NCBI GenBank assembly: GCA_034406555.1
Contig: DASCRM010000017.1
Span: 1,053 to 65,052 of the forward strand
Reading direction: 5' to 3'
Length of the DNA: 64,000 nt
Source of the DNA: Dehalococcoidia bacterium
Lineage (GTDB): Bacteria; Chloroflexota; Dehalococcoidia; UBA2979
The notes beneath the pieces were generated by a model. It was given only the letters and a program-made list of their open reading frames with translations. It was not told the DNA's origin and made no database searches. The position numbers and the translations under genes were made by a program. Numbering within the stretch: position 1 is the first letter of the stretch; every line of letters starts with the position of its first letter. This document shows, one piece after another, positions 33,670 through 42,661 of this stretch.

Positions 33670-34320
33670 ATGTCCGTCACTCGCGTCCTACACGACGCCG
33701 CGAACCAGCGCGACCAGCACGACCGCAGACACCACCCCGCCGTCGATGTGATCGAGGGCGACCTCTGGGTGCGCCACGGACAGCTGCTCGCGTACCACGA
33801 CCGCCCGCTCGGTCCGCTCCCCTTCGTGGTCGGAAGCAGAGGGCTAATCAGCCGCAGGCCGCCCAACCCGCCCGATGCCGATGAGCTGATCGGGCTCGTC
33901 GAGAGCGGCGCCAGCCTGATGCTCGACCTCCGCTCGTGGTTCCGCGACCCGGCCGCGGACGCCGCGCATGCGCTGCTGGGCCTCCCCGATCGGTCACGCG
34001 TCACGATCAGTTGCGAGGACTGGCCGATCGCCGACCGCATGCGCGCCTGGCTGCCCGGCATCGGCGTCGCCTACTCGATCGGCTCGAAGCGCGAGCTGCG
34101 ACGGTTCATCGAGGGCCGCCGCGACGGTTCGCTGCCCCAGACGGGGGTCTCAGTGCGTGAGTCGCTGCTGCGTTCCGCCGACGATGTCGATCAGTTACGA
34201 ACGCTCAGCGGCAACCTCGCTGTCTGGACCGTGGACGACGTTGATCGCGGGCTGGAGCTAGTGGAGCTGGGCGTCGACACGCTGATCAGCAACCGCCTGC
34301 AGGTGCTGAACGCGGTCTAG
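33670..34320 (+). CDS. glycerophosphodiester phosphodiesterase-like (PLC-like TIM barrel) protein
   Basis: VDVIEGDLWVRHGQLLAYHD, LAVWTVDD, GVDTLISN. The N-terminal motif is atypical. Confidence 0.5.
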   Translation: MSVTRVLHDAANQRDQHDRRHHPAVDVIEGDLWVRHGQLLAYHDRPLGPLPFVVGSRGLISRRPPNPPDADELIGLVESGASLMLDLRSWFRDPAADAAHALLGLPDRSRVTISCEDWPIADRMRAWLPGIGVAYSIGSKRELRRFIEGRRDGSLPQTGVSVRESLLRSADDVDQLRTLSGNLAVWTVDDVDRGLELVELGVDTLISNRLQVLNAV

Positions 34321-34336
34321 GCGCTACGATCCGATC

Positions 34337-35533
34337 GTGACTACGCCGCCCGATCAAATCCCAGACGACTTCGCCCTCGCCGCGCAAGCGACCCCGCTCG
34401 CCTCCGTGATCGAGGCAGAGATCGAGGCTGCCGATGGGCACATCACTTTCGAGCGCTACATGGCCCTTACGCTCGGCCACCCTGAGCACGGCTACTACAG
34501 CCGGGAGTTGGTGGCGTGGGGTGCGGACGGCGACTACGAGACCTCCCCGGAGGTGCACTCGATCTTCGGCTACCTCTGGGCGCGGCAGCTCGAGCAGTGC
34601 TGGGATCTGCTCGATCGCCCCGATCGCTTCGACATCGTTGAACCGGGCGCGGGATCCGGCCGCTTCGCCGTCGACCTGCTGACGTGGCTGCGCGAGCGTG
34701 CGCCCAAGTGCTTCGCCGCGACGCGCATGACGCTGCTGGACGGGCACCCGCGCCGCGCGACGCAGCAGCGCGTGCTGCTCGAAGGCGCGGGCTTCTCCGC
34801 CGAGTACGCGACCGTCAAGGACTGGATCGGCAGCAGCGAGTCGCTGACCGGCGTGCTGATCAGCAACGAGTTCTTCGACGCCCTGCCCGTCCACATCGTC
34901 GAACGACGCGACGAGACACTGCACGAGTGGTACGTACGGAGCCGCGAAGGAAGCGACGAGGCGGGGGGCTTCGCCTTCGAGCTCGGCCCGGCCAGCACGC
35001 CGGCGCTCGCTGCCTATTTCAAGCGGCTGGGGCTGCAGCCCGGCGAGGGCTGTCGGGCCGAGGTGTCGCTGGTCGCCCCGGAGCTGTTCGGCCGACTGAC
35101 CGCGCGTCTCGACCGCGGCTACGCGATCACGATCGACTACGGCAAGGCGGCGGACGATCTCTACGCCTCGTGGCGGCGCATGGGCACGCTGATGGCGTTC
35201 CGCGACCACAGCCCGCAACCCGACCCGCTCGCCTCGCCGGGGCTGCTCGACCTCACCGCGCACATCGACCTCACCTCGCTGGCCGCCGCAGCTGAGGGCT
35301 TCGCGAGCGTCCCACCGGTAGCGCAGGCGGAGGCACTGACGGCGCTGGGCATCGGCGACGCGCTGACGGCTGCGCGCGAGCGCGCCAGCGAGGATGTCGC
35401 GCGCTTCGCCACCGATCGACGGGCGGCGGAGACCCTGCTCGACCCCGCCGAGCTGGGGCGCATCCGCGTACTGGTGCAGGCGAAGGGCGCGACGCTGGAC
35501 GACCTGCACTGCCTGCGACCGGTCACGACGTAG
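34337..35533 (+). CDS. MidA/NDUFAF7-family SAM-dependent methyltransferase (DUF185)
   Basis: ITFERYMALTLGHPEHGYY, DFETSPEV-like YETSPEVHSIFG, IVEPGAGSGRFA, ISNEFFDALPVH. Confidence 0.8.
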   Translation: MTTPPDQIPDDFALAAQATPLASVIEAEIEAADGHITFERYMALTLGHPEHGYYSRELVAWGADGDYETSPEVHSIFGYLWARQLEQCWDLLDRPDRFDIVEPGAGSGRFAVDLLTWLRERAPKCFAATRMTLLDGHPRRATQQRVLLEGAGFSAEYATVKDWIGSSESLTGVLISNEFFDALPVHIVERRDETLHEWYVRSREGSDEAGGFAFELGPASTPALAAYFKRLGLQPGEGCRAEVSLVAPELFGRLTARLDRGYAITIDYGKAADDLYASWRRMGTLMAFRDHSPQPDPLASPGLLDLTAHIDLTSLAAAAEGFASVPPVAQAEALTALGIGDALTAARERASEDVARFATDRRAAETLLDPAELGRIRVLVQAKGATLDDLHCLRPVTT

Positions 35534-35555
35534 CTCTCGCCGCCCATGAGACAAT

Positions 35556-35972
35556 GTGCACATGACGGCAGAATCACTCTCCGGCTATTACAGCGAGACG
35601 CTGATCGACCACTTCGAGCACCCGCGTAACGCGGGGGCGATGGAAGACGCCGACGTCGAAGGCTTCGTCACGAACCCCGTCTGCGGAGACTCGATGCGGC
35701 TCTTTCTGCGACTGGATGGGGACGCTGAGCCGCGCATCGCCGCCGCCTCGTTCCTCACCTCCGGGTGCCCGGCCTCGATCGCGACTTCCTCCGTCTCGAC
35801 GGTGATGCTCACCGGTCTGACGTTGCCGGAGGCGGAGGCGCTGACACGCGACGATTTCGCCGAAGCGGTCGGCGGGCTGCCGAAGCCGAAGCTGCATTGT
35901 TCGGTACTCGCACAGGCCGCCGTACGCAATGCGATCACGGAATGGCGCGCAGGGAACGCGGACTCGCTGTAG
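35556..35972 (+). CDS. Fe-S cluster assembly scaffold, NifU/IscU/SufU family
   Basis: NPVCGDSMRLFLRL, GCPASIATSS, KLHCSVLA. Confidence 0.85.
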   Translation: MHMTAESLSGYYSETLIDHFEHPRNAGAMEDADVEGFVTNPVCGDSMRLFLRLDGDAEPRIAAASFLTSGCPASIATSSVSTVMLTGLTLPEAEALTRDDFAEAVGGLPKPKLHCSVLAQAAVRNAITEWRAGNADSL

Positions 35973-36018
35973 ACTCCGCCGTAGCTTTCTCGCACTGCGA
36001 AGGAACGAGGGGACGCCG

Positions 36019-36885
36019 ATGCGGCGATTCGACTACTACCGCGCGAGCTCTGTCGATCAAGCGATTTCGCTGCTCGATGAGCACGGCGAGGGCGGCATGC
36101 TGCTCGCCGGGGGCACCGACCTGCTGGTGCAAATCAAAGAAGCCGGGCTGAACCCCGGCTACATCGTCTCCCTGCTGGAGGTCGATGAGCTTCAGGGGTT
36201 GAGGACGAACCGCAGCGGGCTGCGCATCGGCGCACGCACGCTGATGCGCGAGGTCGCGGGAGACGCGGGCGTGCAGTCCGACTACTCCGCACTCGCGGAC
36301 GGTGCGGGCCTCGTCGGGTCGTGGCAGACACGGAACATGGGCACGGTCGGCGGCAACGTCGCCAACGCCGCGCCGTCGGCGGACACGGGACCGCCGCTCT
36401 CCGTGCTGGGTGCGACCGTGCACATCGCCGGCGCGGGCGGTACGCGCGAAGTGGCGATCGACGACTTCTGGACCGGACCGGGCCAGACGGTGCTCGGAGC
36501 CTCGGAAGTGCTGACACAGATCACCGTGACGGCGCCGCCGGCGAACTCCGGCTCGTTCTACGAACGGCACACGCCTCGGCAGATCATGGACATCGCAGCC
36601 GTTGGCACCGCCGTCTACGTCGAGCTCGATGGCGACGACAATTGCACGACCGCCCGCATCGCGCTCGGCGCTGTCGCACCGACGGTGATGCGCGCCCCGA
36701 ACGCCGAAGCGGCGATCGCGGGCGGGCCGATCGGCGAGCAGACGGCGGCCGCAGCCGGAGCCGCCGCCGCCGCCGAAGCGACGCCGATCTCAGACCAGCG
36801 AGGTTCCGCGGAGTTCCGCCGGCACCTCGTCGAAGTGATGACCACTCGCAGCATTCTGCGCGCCGCTGAACGCGCGCAGGGCTGA
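36019..36885 (+). CDS. xanthine dehydrogenase-family FAD-binding (medium) subunit
   Basis: MRRFDYYRASSVDQAISLL...LLAGGTDLLVQIK. The start is ATG 36019 inside the 318-aa ORF. Confidence 0.85.
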   Translation: MRRFDYYRASSVDQAISLLDEHGEGGMLLAGGTDLLVQIKEAGLNPGYIVSLLEVDELQGLRTNRSGLRIGARTLMREVAGDAGVQSDYSALADGAGLVGSWQTRNMGTVGGNVANAAPSADTGPPLSVLGATVHIAGAGGTREVAIDDFWTGPGQTVLGASEVLTQITVTAPPANSGSFYERHTPRQIMDIAAVGTAVYVELDGDDNCTTARIALGAVAPTVMRAPNAEAAIAGGPIGEQTAAAAGAAAAAEATPISDQRGSAEFRRHLVEVMTTRSILRAAERAQG

Positions 36886-36907
36886 ACTGGAAGGCGGAGC
36901 CGAGCCA

Positions 36908-37372
36908 ATGGCCAAGCAGGTATTCACACTGAACGTTAACGGCCGCGACCATGAGCTCTTCACGGAGCCCAACCAGTCGCTGCTGGAGGTCGTGCGCGAC
37001 GAGCTTCGCCTGACCGGCGCGAAGGAGGGGTGCGGCACCGGCGACTGCGGCGCATGCACGATGGTCGTCGATGGCCAGACCATCACCTCCTGCCTGATGC
37101 TCGCCCCCGACGCTGCGGGTCGCGAGATCAAGACGATCGAGGGGCTCGCGGACGGGGAGCAGTTGCACCCGTTGCAGCAGGCGTTCATCGACCACGGCTC
37201 GGTGCAGTGCGGCTTCTGCATCCCCGGCATGATCTTGGCCGGCGTCGCGCTGCTGGAGCGCAACCCGAACCCGACCCGCGAGGAGATTCGCACCGGCATC
37301 GCCGGCAATTTGTGCCGCTGTACCGGATATCGCAAGATCGTTGAAGCAATTGAGAGCGTGGCCGGCAGCTAG
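36908..37372 (+). CDS. xanthine dehydrogenase-family [2Fe-2S] (small) subunit
   Basis: GCGTGDCGACTMVVDG, QCGFCIPGMI, CRCTGY. Confidence 0.9.
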   Translation: MAKQVFTLNVNGRDHELFTEPNQSLLEVVRDELRLTGAKEGCGTGDCGACTMVVDGQTITSCLMLAPDAAGREIKTIEGLADGEQLHPLQQAFIDHGSVQCGFCIPGMILAGVALLERNPNPTREEIRTGIAGNLCRCTGYRKIVEAIESVAGS

Positions 37373-37416
37373 CCGAGTCCGCTGACGAAACCAGGAGCCA
37401 ACGAGGGGACGATTCG

Positions 37417-39768
37417 ATGGCGACCGAGATCCGACCGGAACACAACGTAGTAGGCAAGCGCGAGACTCGTGTCGAGGGTCCGGGCAAGGTCACGGGCAGC
37501 GCGATCTACGCGGCCGACGTGCAGGTCCCGAACATGCTGCACTGCAAGCTCGTACACAGCCCCCACGCCCACGCTCGCATCGTCTCGACCGACACCGCGA
37601 AGGCGCTCGCGGTCGATGGCGTCGAGCTGGTCGTGCTGGCCGAGGACTTCGGCAAGGCAGTGAAGGACGGCAGCAATCCGGCGATCAACGCCAGCAACCG
37701 CGGCGCCGCACTGCTCGCGCACGCGCAGGTCGGCTTCGCCGGCGAGCCGGTCGCGGCCGTGCTCGCGGAGACGCCATCAGCCGCCGAAGAGGGCGCTGAG
37801 GCTGTCGAGGTGACTTACGAGGAGCTACCCGCCGTGCTCGACCTCGACGCGGCGATGGAGGAGGACTCCCCGCTCGCGCGACCGCCGCTCGGCGATGTCG
37901 ACCGCTCAGAGGAAGAGGCCCACGTCACGCTCGAAGTCGACGCCGACGACACCGAAGGCAAGCCAACGAACATCGCCTCGCACGTCGCGTTCACCCGCGG
38001 CAACATCGACGCCGGCTTCGCCGAGTCCGATGTCGTCGTCGAGCGCAAGTGGAGCTCCGCGATGATGCACCAGGGCTACATCGAGCCCCACGCCACCGTC
38101 GCCGACTTCAACGCGGCCAGCGGCGAGCTGACGGTCTGGACCTCGACCCAGGGCCAGTTCATGGTGCGCGACACGATCATGCGCACGCTGCAGTGGCCCG
38201 AGACCAAGCTGCGCGTGATCGGCTGTGAGCTCGGCGGCGGCTTCGGCGGCAAGATGACGCTCACCAGCCCGCTGGTCAGCGCGCTGAGCGTGATCGCCCA
38301 GCGCCCCGTGAAGCTCGTGCTGACGAGGGCGGAAGACCTGACGGCTGCGACCCCTTCTCCCGGTGCGAACGTGACGATCAAGACCGGCATGAAGAAGGAC
38401 GGCACGTTCACTGCGATCGAGGCCAGCGTCGCTTACGCATCCGGCGCATACCCCGGCGCACCGGCGGCGGTCGGAGCGCTGCTCTCCGCCTCCTTCTACA
38501 CGTGGCCAAGCCTCAAGACGGACGGTTTCGAGGTGCTGACGAACCACGTCTCCGCCGGCGCGATCCGCGCACCCGGCACGCACAACGCGATGCACGCCGT
38601 GGAGCAGAACATCGACGAGATGGCGCGGCAGCTTGAGCTCGACCCCGGCGAGGTGCGCTTGAAGAACGTCTCGAAGACCGGCGACCCGATGGCCTCCGGC
38701 CAGGAGTTTACCGCGATCGGCCTCGATGAGACGGTGGCGAGGGCGATCGAGCACCCGCTGTGGAAGAACCGCGAGAAGATCGCTGCGGAGTCGACCGAGA
38801 CGAAGAAGGTCGGCGTCGGCCTCGCGATCGGTGGCTGGCTCGGCGGTCTCCAGCCGGCCGCGGCCGAGGTGATGCTCAACAACGACGGCACGATCAACGC
38901 CGTCACCGGTGCGAATGACATCAGTGGGACGAACACCTCGTTCACCCAGATCATCGCAGAGGAACTGAACCTGCCGATGGACCAAGTGAACATCACCACC
39001 GGTGACACCAAGACCGCCCCGTTCGCCGGCATGTCCGCCGGATCGAAGACGCTCTTCACCGTCGGTCGCGCGCTGCGTGAAGCGGCGATCGACCTGCGCG
39101 AGCAGCTCTTTGAGGTGGCGGCGGAGCGGCTGGAAGCCAACCCGAACGACCTCGAAATCGCCGACGGTGAGGTGAAAGTGAAGGGTTCGCCCGACCAGTC
39201 GCTGGAGCTCAGCCGCATCGCCTCGATGACGACCGGCTTCGGCGCGCTCTACAAGCCGGTGGTCGGCAAGGGTTCGATCGCGGCCCGCAAGCAGGCGCCG
39301 GGCTTCACCGCGCAGCTCGCGAAGGTGGAGGTCGACACAGAGACCGGTAACGTGCGGCTGCAAGATTTCGCGATCGTGCAGGACGTCGGCTTCGCGATTA
39401 ACCCGCTGTCCGTCGAAGGACAGATGGAGGGCGGAGCCGTGCAGGGCATGGGCATCGGCCTCTGGGAGGAATACATCTACGACGACTCCGGTCACATGCG
39501 GAACGCCGGCCTGCTGGACTACCGTATGCCGACCGCTGCTGACGTGCCGGACATCGAGTCGATCATCGTGGAAGTCCCGTCCGAGGACGGGCCGTACGGC
39601 GCACGAGGCGTCGGCGAACCGTCGATTACGGCGAGTGGCGCGGCGATTCAGAACGCAATCGCCGACGCGATCGGCGCGCGCATCCCGCGCATGCCGGCCA
39701 CGCCGGAGCGCGTGCTGCGCGCACTCGGCAAGCTGGGCGACGCGGACGCGGCCGGCGGCGGCGACTAG
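37417..39768 (+). CDS. xanthine dehydrogenase-family molybdopterin-binding (large) subunit
   Basis: GGGFGGK, AGAIRAPGTHNAMHAVEQ, GEPSITASGAAIQNAI. There is no AYRCSFR/AYRGAGR CODH loop. Confidence 0.9.
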   Translation: MATEIRPEHNVVGKRETRVEGPGKVTGSAIYAADVQVPNMLHCKLVHSPHAHARIVSTDTAKALAVDGVELVVLAEDFGKAVKDGSNPAINASNRGAALLAHAQVGFAGEPVAAVLAETPSAAEEGAEAVEVTYEELPAVLDLDAAMEEDSPLARPPLGDVDRSEEEAHVTLEVDADDTEGKPTNIASHVAFTRGNIDAGFAESDVVVERKWSSAMMHQGYIEPHATVADFNAASGELTVWTSTQGQFMVRDTIMRTLQWPETKLRVIGCELGGGFGGKMTLTSPLVSALSVIAQRPVKLVLTRAEDLTAATPSPGANVTIKTGMKKDGTFTAIEASVAYASGAYPGAPAAVGALLSASFYTWPSLKTDGFEVLTNHVSAGAIRAPGTHNAMHAVEQNIDEMARQLELDPGEVRLKNVSKTGDPMASGQEFTAIGLDETVARAIEHPLWKNREKIAAESTETKKVGVGLAIGGWLGGLQPAAAEVMLNNDGTINAVTGANDISGTNTSFTQIIAEELNLPMDQVNITTGDTKTAPFAGMSAGSKTLFTVGRALREAAIDLREQLFEVAAERLEANPNDLEIADGEVKVKGSPDQSLELSRIASMTTGFGALYKPVVGKGSIAARKQAPGFTAQLAKVEVDTETGNVRLQDFAIVQDVGFAINPLSVEGQMEGGAVQGMGIGLWEEYIYDDSGHMRNAGLLDYRMPTAADVPDIESIIVEVPSEDGPYGARGVGEPSITASGAAIQNAIADAIGARIPRMPATPERVLRALGKLGDADAAGGGD

Positions 39769-39796
39769 CGAGCCGCCACAGCAAAGACCACACGTC

Positions 39797-39833
39797 GAAG
39801 GCGGCGGCAATGTTGCCGCCGCCTTCTTCTTCT
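39797..39833 (+). terminator. rho-independent terminator after the Mo-hydroxylase genes
   Basis: gaaggcggcggcaa-tg-ttgccgccgccttc, followed by the T-rich ttcttct. Confidence 0.65.
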
Positions 39834-39847
39834 GCCACGTTTGACGC

Positions 39848-40462
39848 ATGACCGTCGCCGCAATCGTGCTCGCCGCCGGCGCATCGAGGCGCATGGGCTC
39901 CCCGAAGCCGCTGTTGCCGTGGGGTGAGACCACTCTTTTGCGCTGGGAGCTCGATCAGCTCCAGCGTTCCTGCATCGACGAGATCGTCGTCGTCGCTGGC
40001 TCGCACGCGGACGAGGTGCGGCGATCGCTTGGCGAGGCCCGTCGCTACTACGTCTTCAACGCTCGCTGGGCGCAGGGACGGGCGACCTCGCTCGCCCGTG
40101 GCGCGACCGAGCTGCTGTCCCCGGGACGCGAGACGCCCGAGGCGGTGGTCGTGATGAACGTCGATCAGCCGACACGCTCTGACATCGTCGACCGGCTCAT
40201 CGAGGAGCTGCGGAACACGGGCGAAGACGTCGTTCAGCCCTCGTACGGCGGCAAAGGCGGCCACCCGGTAGTGCTGGCTGGCTCGCTGCTCGGCGAGCTC
40301 GCCGAGGTAGATGAAGCGACTCTGGGTCTGCGGGCCGTGCTCGACCGTCACCCGCCTCACACGCTGGCAATGGACGATGAGCCGGTCGTCCGGCTCGACC
40401 TCGACACCCCGGACACGCTCGACGGGGCGCGCAAATTGCTGGGCATCGAAGCGGGGTCGTGA
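39848..40462 (+). CDS. mocA: molybdenum cofactor cytidylyltransferase-like NTP-transferase
   Basis: AAIVLAAGASRRMGSPKPLLPW, plus its position after the Mo-hydroxylase subunits. Confidence 0.75.
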   Translation: MTVAAIVLAAGASRRMGSPKPLLPWGETTLLRWELDQLQRSCIDEIVVVAGSHADEVRRSLGEARRYYVFNARWAQGRATSLARGATELLSPGRETPEAVVVMNVDQPTRSDIVDRLIEELRNTGEDVVQPSYGGKGGHPVVLAGSLLGELAEVDEATLGLRAVLDRHPPHTLAMDDEPVVRLDLDTPDTLDGARKLLGIEAGS

Positions 40463-41252
40463 CCTCCTCCTCCACCCGGCACGCCGAGCATGACGCGGTC
40501 GGCGCCGGTATCCGCGACGCCTACCGCCGCACCAACGAGGCGGTGCAGTGCCGCGTCGAACGCCATCCGTTCGGCTGGTTTCAGCACGCGCCGGGCGGCG
40601 TAGCGGCAGGCGCCGTCACCGTCGACGACATCGCCACCGCCTCGGTGCCCGAGCTTCGGGCGGAGATCGAACGCCAGTTTGGCGACGACACGCAGGTCAC
40701 CGTGTTCGTCAATGACCGCGATCGCGACGAGCGCCTGAGCGGCGCGCTGATCGCCGCCGGGTTCGAGCCAGCCGAGGGCTCGACATTCCTCGCCTACACC
40801 GGTCAGCCGCCGGCGATCCCGTCGTTGGGCGGCATCACGATCGGAGAGGTCGATGCGGAGGGCCTCGAACGGTGGGCGCGCGTGAAGCTCCAGGGCTTCA
40901 CGAACAGCGAGGACGAACCCGACCCGCAGCGGTTTGCACAGGAGCTGGCTCAGCGCCGGACGGAACAGCAAGGGTCGGGCCGATTCTTGCTCGCCACCGC
41001 TCGCTCTGAGGACGCCGCGGTGATCGGGCTCTGGGGCGACGAGGACTGGCTAATCTTAACCTCGCGACGCGGCTGCCGTACCGGCGGCTTCGCCTCGGCG
41101 AGCTGCTGCTAAGCGATATCGCGAACGAAGCGCTCGGTACTCCCGGCCGCCGCTCCGTGCTGATCGACACCGATGAGACCGACTGGTACCGTCGCTTCGG
41201 CTTCACCGATGAGGTGTACTGGCGTCGATCGCTACAACCTGCTGGAGGCTGA
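40459..41252 (+). pseudogene. GNAT-family acetyltransferase-like gene with a 1-nt frameshift near 41056..41059
   Basis: The ORF ends ...VIGLWGDEDWLILTSRRGCRTGGFASASCC-stop. The +1 frame continues NLATRLPYRRLRLGELLLSDIANEALG...DWYRRFGFTDEVYWRR...stop at 41250..41252 (GNAT motif A/B-like). Confidence 0.6.
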
Positions 41253-41978
41253 TTGATGACCACCCTCGACTGCATTGGCTCGGGAAACGCGTTCTCCAAC
41301 GGCCAGTACTGGAACGGCTTCCTTGTCGATCGCCGCATCCTGTTCGACTGCCCGGCGCAGACGCTCACGCACCTCCAGAAGCTCGACCTCGCCATCGACG
41401 ACCTCGACCTGATCCTGCTCTCGCACCAGCACTCCGACCACGTGCTCGGCATGGACCTGCTGCTGCTCGAACTGACGATGGGACGAGCGAGCAAGCGCGG
41501 CCGCCCGCTGCGTATCGCCGCCCCGCCCGGCGTCAACGAGCGAGTCGCAGAGATCATCGGCGGCGCACCTCGTATGACGCCGAAGGACGACGAGCGCATC
41601 ACGTGGATCGAGATGCACGATGGCGCGAACTTCGAGTGGGAGGGCGTCAAGGTGCAGGCCGTCGAGGTGGACCACATGCCCGAGCTGTTCCTCGCGGTCG
41701 GCTACCGCGTGGAGATCGACGGGAAGCTGATCGCCTACACCGGCGACACTAAGATCTGCGACGGCGTCTACACGCTCGCGGAGGGCGCCGACCTGCTCGT
41801 GCTGGAGTGTGGCGGCGGGCCGCCGCACATGAACTGGGACGACATCCACAAGCTGCGGGAAGATCTCCCGGCGTCTACAGAGATGCTGGTCACGCACTAC
41901 AACGGCGTGACCGCGCCCGATGTCTCCGCCATCGACGGCCTCAGCCTCGCCGAGGACTTCGCCAACTACACCGTCTGA
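41253..41978 (+). CDS. MBL-fold metallo-hydrolase (RNase Z-like)
   Basis: LILLSHQHSDHVLG (HxHxDH), YTGDT, LVLECG. Confidence 0.8.
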   Translation: MMTTLDCIGSGNAFSNGQYWNGFLVDRRILFDCPAQTLTHLQKLDLAIDDLDLILLSHQHSDHVLGMDLLLLELTMGRASKRGRPLRIAAPPGVNERVAEIIGGAPRMTPKDDERITWIEMHDGANFEWEGVKVQAVEVDHMPELFLAVGYRVEIDGKLIAYTGDTKICDGVYTLAEGADLLVLECGGGPPHMNWDDIHKLREDLPASTEMLVTHYNGVTAPDVSAIDGLSLAEDFANYTV

Positions 41979-42079
41979 CCTCGGCGGTTCGCGCCCCTCG
42001 CTGTCCCATTCCGCCAGACTCGTTTATATTTCGGCGCGTCGGCCTACCCGAGGGGATCGAGGCGAACTTGGCGTACGGC

Positions 42080-42661
42080 ATGGGCATCGTGAGGAGCATG
42101 CTACTGACGCTGCGCCACGTCATTCGCCCACCGATCACCGTGAATTTCCCCGAGGTCGGGCGCAACGTTCCCGTTCGTGCGCGTACCAACCTGCTCTGGT
42201 TCGAGGAACGCTGCACAGGCTGCTCCACCTGCGCGCAGGCTTGCCCCGACGGCTGCATCCTCGTCGAGACCTCGCCTCGCGATGACGGCACGATGGAGAT
42301 CGTCCGCTACGAGATCGATTTCCGCATCTGCATGTACTGCGGGCTCTGCACTGAGGCCTGCCCCTACCAGGCGATTCAGGCCGGTGGGCGCTATGACGAT
42401 GCCGTCTACGACTTCACGGAACTCTACCGCGACCGCCCGACGCTGACCGCATTCGCCCAAGACTACCTGAAAGATCACGACGGCCGCTACCCGAACGGCC
42501 AGACGCAGGAGGAGAACCCGCTGCTGACGATGATGCCGACCGCGCGCTCGCGCGTTCCCGTCGCCGGCGAGACCGGCCCCTTTGGCCCGCACCACCTGCC
42601 CGGTCGCAACACTGGCGAAGCGACGCCTGAGCCCACCACTACCGAGGCGGAGGCCATTTAG
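42080..42661 (+). CDS. nuoI: NADH-quinone oxidoreductase subunit I-like 2x[4Fe-4S] protein with ~50-aa C-terminal extension
   Basis: TVNFPE, CTGCSTCAQACP, CMYCGLCTEACP. The start is ATG 42080 (alternative TTG 42068). Confidence 0.75.
   Translation: MGIVRSMLLTLRHVIRPPITVNFPEVGRNVPVRARTNLLWFEERCTGCSTCAQACPDGCILVETSPRDDGTMEIVRYEIDFRICMYCGLCTEACPYQAIQAGGRYDDAVYDFTELYRDRPTLTAFAQDYLKDHDGRYPNGQTQEENPLLTMMPTARSRVPVAGETGPFGPHHLPGRNTGEATPEPTTTEAEAI

Noticed and set aside
37417-39768. Aerobic CO dehydrogenase (coxL), suggested by the coxM-S-L gene order.
   Set aside because: The large subunit shows AGAIRAPGT rather than the AYRCSFR or AYRGAGR active-site loops as I recall them. I kept the call as a generic Mo-hydroxylase.
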